From an uncultured Muribaculaceae bacterium (GTDB lineage Bacteria; Bacillota_I; Bacilli_A; RF39; UBA660), in contig CAZRJK010000007.1 of NCBI GenBank assembly GCA_964600615.1, positions 4,329-68,328 of the forward strand: a stretch of 64,000 bases of DNA. Direction: 5' to 3'. The first letter of the stretch is position 1. Each line of letters opens with the position of its first letter. This document shows positions 10,558-20,272 of this stretch, in pieces. The notes under the pieces are model-generated. The model made no database searches. It was not told the DNA's origin and saw nothing but the letters and a program-made list of their open reading frames with translations. The position numbers and the translations under genes were made by a program.

Positions 10558-11323
10558 TAATAGACTTATCTTCTAATTCAATTCTATATTTTCTCTTTAA
10601 TACATCAACAGAGATAACCTTAACACTATCTCCCTTATAATCAATCTTTTTACCAACAACAGGTAATCCCTTCCTTAATTCAGAATAATTATCATTTTCA
10701 TATTTTAAACAACATAATAACCTACCACAAACCCCATTAATTTTAGTAGGATTTAAAGAAACGTTTTGATTTTTAGCCATATTTATAGTAATGCTATCAA
10801 AAGTATTAAGAAAATTACTACAACATAACTTTCTACCACAAGGACCAATTCCCCCTACTTCCTTAGCTTTATCCCTAATACCAACTTGCCTTAATTCAAT
10901 CCTTGTCTTAAATAAAGAACCCAAATCTCTAGCAAGTTGTCTAAAATCAACTCTCTCATCAGCAACAAATCTAAATAACAACTGACTTCTATCCAAATTA
11001 TAACTACCATCTAAAATATTCATAGATAGTCCACTATCCAAAACAACATCACGACATTTACTAATAACCTCATTCATAACTTCTAAATTACTCTTATATT
11101 GTAAATAATCTTTCTTACTAGAAATCCTTAAAACATCATATAAATCAACTTTATCAAACTTCTTAGTATCTTCAATAATATCAATAACCTTACCAAACAA
11201 AGGACCTCTATCACTATCAACAACAACTGTAAGATTAATCTTTAAATTAAATTTAGGATTCCTAAAATAACCAGTTTGTCCATTTTCTTCAAACTTAACT
11301 TCTACTATATTCATAACATTCAC
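10532..11323 (-). CDS. ricT: PSP1-domain protein (RicT/YaaT)
   Basis: PSP1 C-terminal domain with a Cys cluster (GPCGRKLCCSNF...GVCGRLLCCLKYE). Conserved position after holB. Confidence 0.8.
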   Translation of the reverse strand: MNVMNIVEVKFEENGQTGYFRNPKFNLKINLTVVVDSDRGPLFGKVIDIIEDTKKFDKVDLYDVLRISSKKDYLQYKSNLEVMNEVISKCRDVVLDSGLSMNILDGSYNLDRSQLLFRFVADERVDFRQLARDLGSLFKTRIELRQVGIRDKAKEVGGIGPCGRKLCCSNFLNTFDSITINMAKNQNVSLNPTKINGVCGRLLCCLKYENDNYSELRKGLPVVGKKIDYKGDSVKVISVDVLKRKYRIELEDKSIIEVDADES

Positions 11324-12251
11324 CTAACCTAATCAACATATCATCAACAAGTAAATTAACATTTAAATTATACCTTAAATCATCATATTTAGTATAACAT
11401 ACTTCTATCTTATTAATTATATCATCCAAAGAATTATTATTAGACACAAAATCAATCAAATCTAAGTAATCATTAAAATAATAATTACTAAAACCACACA
11501 TTTTCTTTAAAATATCATAATAAAAATTAACCAATAATAACATAACTTTCATACTATCTTCCCTGGATGGAAAATTATTATACCATAATTTTTTTAAATA
11601 TATAAAAGTATCTAAACCATTTTTTTCATAATATCTAATAAAATTAATAGTATTATCTAACAATAATTTATTACTCTCATCAGATAAAAAATCATCAATA
11701 TCACTCTTTTTATCACATAAAGAATAAGCAAAATTATTAATAGCCTTATCATAGTATTCTTCTTTTACATTATTTAACTTTATTAATTGACACCTAGAAA
11801 CTATTGTAGACAATAAACCACTAACATTATTTGTAAACAATATTGCTACAACATCATTATCAGGTTCTTCTAAAAACTTAAGTAAAGAATTAGAAGCTTG
11901 TTTATTCATCTTCTCACAATCTCTAATTACATAAATTCTCTTATTACCTTCTATTCCAGTTCTACTAAAAGAACTCTGTAAATCTAACAATTGATCCTTT
12001 TTTATAACTAAACCATCAGCTTCAACAATCTTAACTTCTGTATAATTACCATCATCAATTCTCTTACAAATATTTTCTTTATCTACACAATTATCACACA
12101 CAATTTCTTTAACAAAAGCCATTATAAAATCAAAAGCATAATCATAATTATTTCCATCTATTAAATAAGCATGAGACAACTTATTATTTCTAATAGCATT
12201 AACCAATAAATTATAAGCATTATTTTGAGTATTCCTAAAATCCTCTAACAT
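11295..12251 (-). CDS. holB: DNA polymerase III delta' subunit
   Basis: About 318 aa with a clamp-loader AAA+-like N-domain (LSHAYLIDG...) and SRCQ motif (VSRCQLIKL). Synteny holB-ricT. Confidence 0.75.
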   Translation of the reverse strand: MLEDFRNTQNNAYNLLVNAIRNNKLSHAYLIDGNNYDYAFDFIMAFVKEIVCDNCVDKENICKRIDDGNYTEVKIVEADGLVIKKDQLLDLQSSFSRTGIEGNKRIYVIRDCEKMNKQASNSLLKFLEEPDNDVVAILFTNNVSGLLSTIVSRCQLIKLNNVKEEYYDKAINNFAYSLCDKKSDIDDFLSDESNKLLLDNTINFIRYYEKNGLDTFIYLKKLWYNNFPSREDSMKVMLLLVNFYYDILKKMCGFSNYYFNDYLDLIDFVSNNNSLDDIINKIEVCYTKYDDLRYNLNVNLLVDDMLIRLGECYEYSRS

Positions 12252-12254
12252 AAA

Positions 12255-12443
12255 ATCACCCCATTATATAAATGAAAATAAAATAAGATAAATCATACCA
12301 AAAAAGTCAAAATAACTAACAAAAATAACATTAAATATATTTATTGCTATAGTATGATCATAAAAGACAATAGAATCATAAGCATATATAAATAAAGTGG
12401 AAAGAATAAACTTTTTAACAACCAAAAAAAATTTATTAATCAT
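12255..12443 (-). CDS. Small hydrophobic ORF (62 aa) at the position occupied by bofA in Bacillus; identity uncertain
   Basis: My hand translation gives MINKFFLVVKKFILSTLFIYAYDSIVFYDHTIAINIFNVIFVSYFDFFWYDLSYFIFIYIMG, ending in TGA. AGGTGA lies 4-5 nt upstream of ATG 12443. It is NOT in the supplied ORF track although it is over 60 aa, so it needs re-verification. Only weak resemblance to BofA. Confidence 0.3.
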
Positions 12444-12480
12444 AACATCACCTATTAATATTATGACTAGTAAAATTTAA

Positions 12481-13077
12481 TTAGTTCATATTTTTTCTCT
12501 CATCAATAGCCATTTCTAAAGTCAAAGAATCAATATATTCCATATCCGTTCCCATTGGAACACCAGTAGCTATCTTGCTTATGTTAACATTACTATTATC
12601 AAGAACTTGTCTAATATATTGCATAGTAGTTTCCCCTTCAATACTAGGCTTAAGAGCCAAAATAATCTCCTTAATATCGTTACTCTTAACTCTTTCCAAC
12701 AAACTAGCAATATTTATATCACTAGGTCCTACACCGTCCAAAGGAGAAATAAGACCATCTAAAACATGATATAAACCATGATATACCCCTAATTTTTCAA
12801 AAAGATAAATATCTTTAGATTTTTCCACAACTAATAAAGTAAATTTGTCCCTTTCCTTATTTGAACAAATATTACAAACTTCACCATCAGAGATACTATT
12901 ACATACCTTACATTTAGTAATTTTATCCCTAACATCACAAATAGCATTAGAAAAATCAGTAAGCTTCTCCTTATCAAAATCAAGCATACTAAAGGCCAAT
13001 CTCTCAGCAGATTTAGCTCCAACACCAGGTAACTTTTTAAAATTATCAATTAAAGATCTAATACTCTCAGGATACAT
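12481..13077 (-). CDS. recR: Recombination protein RecR
   Basis: HhH N-terminus (LIDNFKKLPGVGAKSAERLAF), C4 zinc finger (CKVCNSISDGEVCNIC) and a Toprim domain. Confidence 0.95.
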   Translation of the reverse strand: MYPESIRSLIDNFKKLPGVGAKSAERLAFSMLDFDKEKLTDFSNAICDVRDKITKCKVCNSISDGEVCNICSNKERDKFTLLVVEKSKDIYLFEKLGVYHGLYHVLDGLISPLDGVGPSDINIASLLERVKSNDIKEIILALKPSIEGETTMQYIRQVLDNSNVNISKIATGVPMGTDMEYIDSLTLEMAIDERKNMN

Positions 13078-13078
13078 T

Positions 13079-13384
13079 TTACATCAACCCAGCTAAACCA
13101 TTACCATATTTACTTAACTTTTTATTCTTATCATCTTCTACTTTTTTAGAAGCTTCATTATAAGCAACCATAATCATATCCTCTAACATTTCAACGTCAT
13201 CAGATAAATCAAAATCTTTATCAATAGTAATAGATTTCATCTCCTTATTACCATTTAGAACTACCTTTACAGCAGAAGAACTACCCTCATATAAAGTTTT
13301 TCCCAATTCTTCTTGTGTTTTTTGTAAATCCTTTTGCATCTTTTGAGCTTCTCTCATCAAAGCTTGCATATTCATATTAATCAT
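13079..13384 (-). CDS. ybaB: YbaB/EbfC nucleoid-associated protein
   Basis: MQALMREAQKMQKDLQKTQEEL... matches the family. Conserved dnaX-ybaB-recR order. Confidence 0.85.
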   Translation of the reverse strand: MINMNMQALMREAQKMQKDLQKTQEELGKTLYEGSSSAVKVVLNGNKEMKSITIDKDFDLSDDVEMLEDMIMVAYNEASKKVEDDKNKKLSKYGNGLAGLM

Positions 13385-13389
13385 CCTCT

Positions 13390-15060
13390 CTATTTATATG
13401 TAATAACATCATTTCCCACAATAGAAATAAGTTTATCAACATTACTATTAGTATATACATTATTATCTTTTTTTTCAATAACTTCTTCAATATAACTATA
13501 TTTTTTTCCTTCTTTAATATCTGAAATATATTTTTCTTTTTCTCTCTCCCACTCATCAGTATTCAAAAAAACAATATTATATTTTTCACAATAAAAATCA
13601 AATAACATCTCTTCAAACAAATCTAAATAATCATATAATCTATCAATTAAAGAATCATATTTAACACTAAAAATAATATTATTATCACCAACAACCATTA
13701 CATCCACATCATCAATAATTCCAATCAAAGAACCATATTTAGCACTATTAATACTATCCTTTAAATCAGACCACCTAACCAAAAAATTCTCCTTATTAAC
13801 CTTAGACGCAGTAGCAAAAGCATTATTTATTCTTATTTTCTTAATATCATCAGAAAAACTTTTTTTCATTTCTATTTTTTCATTCTCAACAATTACTTTA
13901 TTATTTTCTTTCTCTACTTTTTCATTAATAATTATTTTATCATTATTAACAAATTTATTTTCTACCTTTATATTATCATCATCCATCCTAAAAGAGTTAG
14001 AAATCTTAATTAAATTAGTAATTAAAATAATCAAAGGAAAACCAGAATTCTTCATTTGATTTAAAATATCATTAAAATTAATAATTAAATCATAAACATT
14101 ATCAATATCAAATAAATCAGCATTTTCAAGTATACTATCATATTTTAAACCATTAATACTTTTCACATTAGAATCACACTTATAAATAAGCAAATCCTTT
14201 AAATAATCAACAAAATCACTAACAAATCTATCTAAATTAACACCATTTTTATTCAAATTTTCCACAAAAGAAACAATATTACTAACATCATTATTTTTAA
14301 TATAATTAAGAACATTACCTATCTCATCAAAAGAAACAACACCATTTAGTTTATAAACATCAGAAATATCAATCTTACCATCTTTAAAACAAGATAACTG
14401 ATCTAACATATTAATAGCATCCCTAAGTCCACCATCAGCAAGTCTTGCTATCTCATATAAAATAACATCATCTACTTTAATTTTTTCATTCTTACAAATA
14501 TATTTTAGTCGATCAACAATCTCATCAGTAGTAAATTTTAAAAATTGAAACTTTTGGCATCTAGAAACAACAGTAGCAGGAATCTTATAAAATTCGGTAG
14601 TAGCTAAAATAAAAATAGCATGAGCAGGGGGTTCTTCTAAAGTTTTAAGTAATGCATTAAAAGCTTGCGTAGTAAGCATATGAACTTCATCTATAATATA
14701 AATCTTATATTTACCATAAGTAGGAACCAAATTAACTTTATCTCTAAGTTCCCTAATCTCATCAACACCATTATTAGAAGCAGCATCTATCTCCACAACA
14801 TCACTATTATTACTATTTAAACAACTATCACATTTTCCACAAGGAACACCATCTTTGCTTAATTTATTACAATTAATCATTCTAGCTATAATCTTAGCCG
14901 TAGAAGTCTTTCCAGTTCCTCTAGGACCAGAAAACAAATAAGCATGTGAAATTTTATTATTTAATATCTCATTTTTTATAATACTAGCAACTTCATTTTG
15001 ACCAACAAAATCCTCAAAAGAAACAGGTCTATATTTTCTATACAAAGCTAAATAACTCAT
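13390..15060 (-). CDS. dnaX: DNA polymerase III tau/gamma subunit
   Basis: LALYRKYRPVSFEDFVGQ, Walker A GPRGTGKTS, zinc module CGKCDSC, DEVHML and SRCQ. Confidence 0.9.
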   Translation of the reverse strand: MSYLALYRKYRPVSFEDFVGQNEVASIIKNEILNNKISHAYLFSGPRGTGKTSTAKIIARMINCNKLSKDGVPCGKCDSCLNSNNSDVVEIDAASNNGVDEIRELRDKVNLVPTYGKYKIYIIDEVHMLTTQAFNALLKTLEEPPAHAIFILATTEFYKIPATVVSRCQKFQFLKFTTDEIVDRLKYICKNEKIKVDDVILYEIARLADGGLRDAINMLDQLSCFKDGKIDISDVYKLNGVVSFDEIGNVLNYIKNNDVSNIVSFVENLNKNGVNLDRFVSDFVDYLKDLLIYKCDSNVKSINGLKYDSILENADLFDIDNVYDLIINFNDILNQMKNSGFPLIILITNLIKISNSFRMDDDNIKVENKFVNNDKIIINEKVEKENNKVIVENEKIEMKKSFSDDIKKIRINNAFATASKVNKENFLVRWSDLKDSINSAKYGSLIGIIDDVDVMVVGDNNIIFSVKYDSLIDRLYDYLDLFEEMLFDFYCEKYNIVFLNTDEWEREKEKYISDIKEGKKYSYIEEVIEKKDNNVYTNSNVDKLISIVGNDVITYK

Positions 15061-15167
15061 AAAACCACCACCAAAATCTTAATTTAATTATAACATAAAA
15101 ACACAAACAAATAAACATAAAAATTATATAGCTTTAAATAAATAAACGTTCGTTTGCATTTTAAAAC

Positions 15168-15249
15168 AAAAAAAAGATGCACACAATAAACTATGTTAAA
15201 GCTGCTATCTTCCAATCCTGACTTGGTTCCACAGCATTATTGTTGCATC
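15168..15249 (-). ncRNA. ffs: Signal recognition particle RNA, short (4.5S-like) form
   Basis: The reverse complement reads GAUGCAACAAUAAUGCUGUGGAACCAAGUCAGGAUUGGAAGAUAGCAGCUUUAACAUAGUUUAUUGUGUGCAUC followed by U8. It has the domain IV signature (GUCAGG..GGAA..AGCAGC) and a closing helix (GAUGCA/ACAAUAA with UUAUUGU/GUGCAUC). It lies directly upstream of dnaX, like scr in Bacillus. Confidence 0.75.
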
Positions 15250-15255
15250 AATAAA

Positions 15256-15284
15256 ATTTTAACACAAAATTTAATTAAAATCAA
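15256..15284 (-). promoter_or_regulatory. Putative sigma-A promoter of ffs
   Basis: On the minus strand: TTGATT, 17 nt spacer, TGtTAAAAT. The -10 ends about 7 nt before the predicted first G of the SRP RNA. Confidence 0.45.
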
Positions 15285-15443
15285 CTATAATTAAAAAATA
15301 ATTTTTTAATAAAAATAATGATTAAAAAAGTGATATAAAATAAAATTAAAAACAAAAACTATTTTTTAGTTGCATAAACTCTACAAAAAACAAAATTTTG
15401 CATTTTTTTTATCACAAAATTATTAATTAGAGAATTAATTTAA

Positions 15444-15459
15444 TGTTCCACGTGAAACA
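15444..15459. other. parS site 1 (ParB/Spo0J binding site)
   Basis: TGTTCCACGTGAAACA is an exact match to the Firmicute parS consensus TGTTNCACGTGAAACA. It is embedded in a 34-bp near-perfect palindrome, TTAATTTAA-parS-TTAAATTAA. Confidence 0.85.
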
Positions 15460-15511
15460 TTAAATTAATATATCAAATATGAAATAAATGTAAAAAAAAT
15501 TATTTACTCTA

Positions 15512-15527
15512 TGTTTCACGTGAAACT
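15512..15527. other. parS site 2
   Basis: TGTTTCACGTGAAACT matches the parS consensus at 15 of 16 positions. Confidence 0.8.
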
Positions 15528-15636
15528 TCTTTATAAAGCCGCAAAAAGCAATATACATTTTTTCTATATCTAATAATTCAAATAGAATCAATTTATATCA
15601 AAAGAAAATAAAAACACATAAATTAATTTAATATAA

Positions 15637-15652
15637 TGTTCCACGTGAAACA
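15637..15652. other. parS site 3
   Basis: TGTTCCACGTGAAACA is an exact consensus match. It shares the upstream flank AATTAATTTAAT with site 1. Confidence 0.85.
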
Positions 15653-15710
15653 TACTATATACAAATTAAAGTATGAACATATCTATTTATAAATATTAAA
15701 TCATAATTAA

Positions 15711-15726
15711 TGTTTCACGTGGAACT
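15711..15726. other. parS site 4
   Basis: TGTTTCACGTGGAACT (reverse complement AGTTCCACGTGAAACA) matches the consensus at 15 of 16 positions. Confidence 0.8.
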
Positions 15727-15850
15727 TTACACAAATCAATGATTTCCACAATTGCCCAAGATTTATTTTTTTACAGCAAATAAAAAACCAAAATTAAATT
15801 TTGGTTAATATTTTGCGTAAAAAAAAGTTTTCCACAGTAAAAGCCAAAAT

Positions 15851-15875
15851 AAAAAGAACTTTTCAAAGTTCTTTT
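15851..15875 (-). terminator. Intrinsic terminator after gyrA
   Basis: AAAAAGAACTTTtcAAAGTTCTTTT hairpin with a flanking T-run on the minus-strand transcript, immediately after the gyrA stop (15882). Confidence 0.6.
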
Positions 15876-15881
15876 ATTACA

Positions 15882-18347
15882 CTATTCTAAATTTGATTCT
15901 TCAGAATCATCATTAGTTTGTTCATCTCTATCAATTATAGCAACTGTACTAACATATTGTCCTTCTCTTAAATTAATAAGTCTGACTCCTTGAGTAACTC
16001 TACTTAAAGTTGATATTTGCGTTATATCTATTCTAATAACAATTCCCTCATCTGTAACAATTATTAAATCTTTATTATCACCTGAAACTACGTTGAATGA
16101 AACAATATCGCCGTTTTTCTCAGTTATATTTAAAGTCTTAACACCTTTTCCACCACGATTAGTAATTCTATACTCACTAACAGGTGTTTTCTTTCCATAA
16201 CCATTCTTAGTAATAACAAATACATCACAATCTTCTTTAACAACGTCCATATTAACGAGTTTTCCACCGTTAAGATCAATTCCCTTAACTCCACTAGCAG
16301 AACGTCCCATTACACGAACACAATCCTCGGCAAATCTAACCATTCTACCGTTATTAGACGCCATTAATATTTCACTCTCACCAGTAGTCTTATGAACTGA
16401 AATTAATTCATCATCATCTTTTAAGGTAATTGCCTTCTTACCAGTAGTTCTTATCTTATCAAACTCTTCTATAGCAGTTCTCTTAACCAAACCGTCTCTA
16501 GTAGCAAATACTAAATATTTAATATCTTCTTCTCTATTTAATTTCAAAATAGAAGTTACTTTTTCCCCACTATCTAAATTAAGAAGATTAACTAAAGGAA
16601 TTCCCTTAGATTGACGACTAAATTCAGGAACTTCATATCCTTTTAGTCTAAATACTCTTCCTTTACTAGTAAAGAACATAATATCATCATGTGAACTAGC
16701 ATTAATTATAGTTTCCACAAAATCCTCTTCATTAGTAGACATACCTTTAACTCCAACTCCACCACGATTTTGAGTTTTATAAACATCAACAGCCATTCTC
16801 TTAATATAACCCTTATTTGTCATAGTCAAAACTGAGTTTTCCACAGGTATCAAAGATTCATCATCAATAAAGTCTATAGCAGACATATCAATATAAGTTC
16901 TTCTTTCATCTGCATATTTCTCTTTTATTTCTAACATCTCTTTCTTAATTACTTCAAAAATCTTTTCCTCATGTGCAAGAATATCTTCTAACTCAGCTAC
17001 CATTTGTAATAATTCAGCAATTTCGTCCTCAATCTTAGACTTTTCTAATCCAGTAAGTCTCTTCAACCTCATTTCCAAAATTGCTTGTGCTTGAGCCTGA
17101 GAAAGGCCAAATTCGGCAATCAATCCATTTTGAGCTATCTCATCAGTTTCTGATTCTCTAATAATACTAATAACCTTATCAATATTATCTAAAGAAATCT
17201 TTAAACCTTCTAATATATGTAATCTCTCTTTATATTTCTTTAAATCAAATTGACATCTTCTATAAATAACATTTCTTTGATGCTCTATATATTTTTCTAA
17301 TATAGATCTTAATCCTAAAGTTCTAGGACTACCATCAACTAACATCAAGAAATTAATACCATATGAAGTTTGTAATTGAGTATGTTTATACAAATTATTC
17401 AAAACAACATTAGAATTAGCTTCTTTCTTAACATCAATAACAATCTTAATTCCCTCTAATGCTGATTCATCACTTAAATTAGAAATACCATCTAAAACTT
17501 TATCCCTAACCAATTCACCTATTCTAGTTATCAAAGCTTTTTTATTAATCTGATAAGGTAACTCAGTGATAATTATTCTTTCTTTTCCATGATGTTCCTC
17601 AATTTCAGCTCTACCACGAATAGTAATAGTTCCTCTACCAGTCTCATAAGCTCTTCTAATACCACTATTTCCTAAAATAATACCAGCAGTAGGAAAATCA
17701 GGCCCTTTAACATACTGCATTAACTCTTCAACAGTAATATCATTATTATCAATATAAGCAACACATGCATCAATTACTTCACCTAAATTATGAGGTGGAA
17801 TATTAGTAGCCATACCAACAGCAATTCCCATATTACCATTAACTAAAATATTAGGAAATCTACTAGGTAAAACTACTGGTTCTTTTCTTTGACCATCATA
17901 GTTAGGTTCAAAATCCACAGTTTCTTTCTGTAAATCTTTTAATAATTCTATAGAAATTTTAGCAAGTCTAGCTTCAGTATAACGAGAAGCAGCAGCTCCA
18001 AAACCATCTATTGAACCAAAATTACCATGCCCATCAACCAAGCAATGCCTATAAGTAAAATCTTGAGCCATTCTAACCATTGTATCATATATAGCAGAGT
18101 CGCCATGTGGATGATAATGACCCATAACTGCACCAACAGCATTAGCACTCTTCTGATATTTCTTATCTGGAGTCATACCTTCTTCATATAAAGTATATAA
18201 AACCCTTCTATGAACAGGTTTCAAACCATCCCTAACATCAGGAATAGCTCTTGCAACAATAACACTCATTGAATAATCAAGAAAAGATGTTTTCATCTCC
18301 CCAACAATATCAACACTTACTTTCTTATCATTTAACTCTTCTTGCAT
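15882..18347 (-). CDS. gyrA: DNA gyrase subunit A
   Basis: Canonical GyrA N-terminus including the active-site region (AAASRYTEARL), the QRDR-type segment (HPHGDSAIYDTMVRMAQ) and a C-terminal beta-pinwheel. Confidence 0.97.
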   Translation of the reverse strand: MQEELNDKKVSVDIVGEMKTSFLDYSMSVIVARAIPDVRDGLKPVHRRVLYTLYEEGMTPDKKYQKSANAVGAVMGHYHPHGDSAIYDTMVRMAQDFTYRHCLVDGHGNFGSIDGFGAAASRYTEARLAKISIELLKDLQKETVDFEPNYDGQRKEPVVLPSRFPNILVNGNMGIAVGMATNIPPHNLGEVIDACVAYIDNNDITVEELMQYVKGPDFPTAGIILGNSGIRRAYETGRGTITIRGRAEIEEHHGKERIIITELPYQINKKALITRIGELVRDKVLDGISNLSDESALEGIKIVIDVKKEANSNVVLNNLYKHTQLQTSYGINFLMLVDGSPRTLGLRSILEKYIEHQRNVIYRRCQFDLKKYKERLHILEGLKISLDNIDKVISIIRESETDEIAQNGLIAEFGLSQAQAQAILEMRLKRLTGLEKSKIEDEIAELLQMVAELEDILAHEEKIFEVIKKEMLEIKEKYADERRTYIDMSAIDFIDDESLIPVENSVLTMTNKGYIKRMAVDVYKTQNRGGVGVKGMSTNEEDFVETIINASSHDDIMFFTSKGRVFRLKGYEVPEFSRQSKGIPLVNLLNLDSGEKVTSILKLNREEDIKYLVFATRDGLVKRTAIEEFDKIRTTGKKAITLKDDDELISVHKTTGESEILMASNNGRMVRFAEDCVRVMGRSASGVKGIDLNGGKLVNMDVVKEDCDVFVITKNGYGKKTPVSEYRITNRGGKGVKTLNITEKNGDIVSFNVVSGDNKDLIIVTDEGIVIRIDITQISTLSRVTQGVRLINLREGQYVSTVAIIDRDEQTNDDSEESNLE

Positions 18348-18358
18348 AAAAACACCTC

Positions 18359-20272
18359 CTATATATCAAGATTTAATACATTCAAAGCATTATCTTCAAT
18401 AAATTTTCTTCTAGGTTCCACTTCTTCACCCATAAGAAGTTGAAATATCTCATCAGCTGCCATAGCATCATCCATCGTAATCTGCTTCAAAGTTCTTTGC
18501 TGTATTCCCATTGTAGTTGCCCTTAATTCCTCAGGATCCATCTCTCCTAAACCTTTCATTCTACCAATTTCATACTTAGTATTAGGAGGTAATGATTCTA
18601 AATATTCATCCCTCTCCATTTCATCCAAAACATATTTAATCGTTTTTCCATGCTTAATTGAATAAAGAGGAGGTTGAGCAGCATATATATGCCCCCCATC
18701 AATAAGAGGTCTAAAATACCTATAAAATAGCGTTAGAAGCAACGTTCTAATATGAGCACCATCAACATCAGCATCAGTCATAATAATAATTTTATAATAT
18801 CTCAACTTATTAATATCAAACTCTTCTCCAATACCAGTACCCAAAGCCGTAATCATAGTTCTAATCTCTTCATTAGCTAAAACTCTATCAATTCTAGCTT
18901 TTTCTACATTAAGAATCTTACCTCTAATAGGTAAAATAGCTTGAGTAATAGGATCTCTACCACTAACAGCAGAACCAGCAGCAGAATCTCCCTCGACTAT
19001 AAACATCTCTGATATAGTTGCATCACTAGAAGAACAATCAGTAAGTTTTCCCCAGAAATTACTAACTTCCAAACCACCTTTTCTTCTAGTAAGTTCTCTA
19101 GCCCTCTTAGCAGCAACTCTTGCTCTAGCTGCTGTATTTGCTTTTTCCACAATTATCCTTGCATCATTAGGATGTTCTAATAAAAATCTTTCAAAGTCAC
19201 GAGCAAATATACTAGAAGCAACTTTTCTAACCTCACTATTACCTAATTTAGTCTTAGTTTGCCCCTCAAATTGTGGTTCAGGAACCTTAGCAGATATAAT
19301 CATACTAATACCTTCCCTAACATCATCACCACTTAAAGGTTCATCATTATCCTTAACTAACTTATTTTGCTTAGCATAATTATTAATAATTCTCGTTAAA
19401 CTATTCTTAACACCATCCTCATGTGTACCACCTTCAGGAGTAATAATATTATTAACAAAAGAATAAATAACAGGATTATAACCATCATTATATTGCAAAG
19501 CTACCTCAATAGAAATATCGTTTTCCACACCCTCTACATAAATAATATCATCATGTATAGGAGTCTTATTCCTATTAACATAAGAAACAAACTCCTTGAT
19601 ACCACCTTCATAAACAAAAGTATCAGTTTGATTATTTCTATCATCCATAAGAATAATTCTCAATCCTTTATTAAGAAAAGCCAATTCCCTAGCCCTAGTC
19701 TTTAAAGTATCATAATCAAAAACAGTAGTTTCAGTAAATATCTCAGGATCAGGCATAAAAGATACTGTAGTACCAGTCCTATCCTCACTACATTCGCCAA
19801 CAACAGTTAAAGGCTGTACAGTCTTACCACCATCAGCAAACTTAATATTATGGACCTTCCCATGCTTATAAACAGTAACTTCTACCCATTTAGATAAAGC
19901 ATTAACAACAGAAGCACCTACACCATGTAATCCACCGGAAACTTTATATCCGCCACCACCAAATTTACCACCAGCATGTAGTACAGTATACACAGTTTCT
20001 ACAGTAGATAAACCAGTTTTAGGATGTATCTCAACAGGAATTCCTCTACCATCATCCTTAACAGTAACAGAACCATCTTTATTTATGGTTATTTCAATAT
20101 CATCACAATATCCAGCTAAAGCCTCATCAATAGCATTATCCACAATCTCCCATACTAAATGATGAAGACCTCTAGAACTAGTAGTACCAATATACATACC
20201 AGGTCTTTTTCTAACAGCTTCTAACCCCTCTAATACTTGAATATCCGAAGCTTCATAATGTTCATTATTCAT
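18359..20272 (-). CDS. gyrB: DNA gyrase subunit B
   Basis: GHKL ATPase ([22 protein letters not shown]), Toprim ([17 protein letters not shown]-like [12 protein letters not shown]) and the GyrB tail. Confidence 0.97.
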   Translation of the reverse strand: MNNEHYEASDIQVLEGLEAVRKRPGMYIGTTSSRGLHHLVWEIVDNAIDEALAGYCDDIEITINKDGSVTVKDDGRGIPVEIHPKTGLSTVETVYTVLHAGGKFGGGGYKVSGGLHGVGASVVNALSKWVEVTVYKHGKVHNIKFADGGKTVQPLTVVGECSEDRTGTTVSFMPDPEIFTETTVFDYDTLKTRARELAFLNKGLRIILMDDRNNQTDTFVYEGGIKEFVSYVNRNKTPIHDDIIYVEGVENDISIEVALQYNDGYNPVIYSFVNNIITPEGGTHEDGVKNSLTRIINNYAKQNKLVKDNDEPLSGDDVREGISMIISAKVPEPQFEGQTKTKLGNSEVRKVASSIFARDFERFLLEHPNDARIIVEKANTAARARVAAKRARELTRRKGGLEVSNFWGKLTDCSSSDATISEMFIVEGDSAAGSAVSGRDPITQAILPIRGKILNVEKARIDRVLANEEIRTMITALGTGIGEEFDINKLRYYKIIIMTDADVDGAHIRTLLLTLFYRYFRPLIDGGHIYAAQPPLYSIKHGKTIKYVLDEMERDEYLESLPPNTKYEIGRMKGLGEMDPEELRATTMGIQQRTLKQITMDDAMAADEIFQLLMGEEVEPRRKFIEDNALNVLNLDI

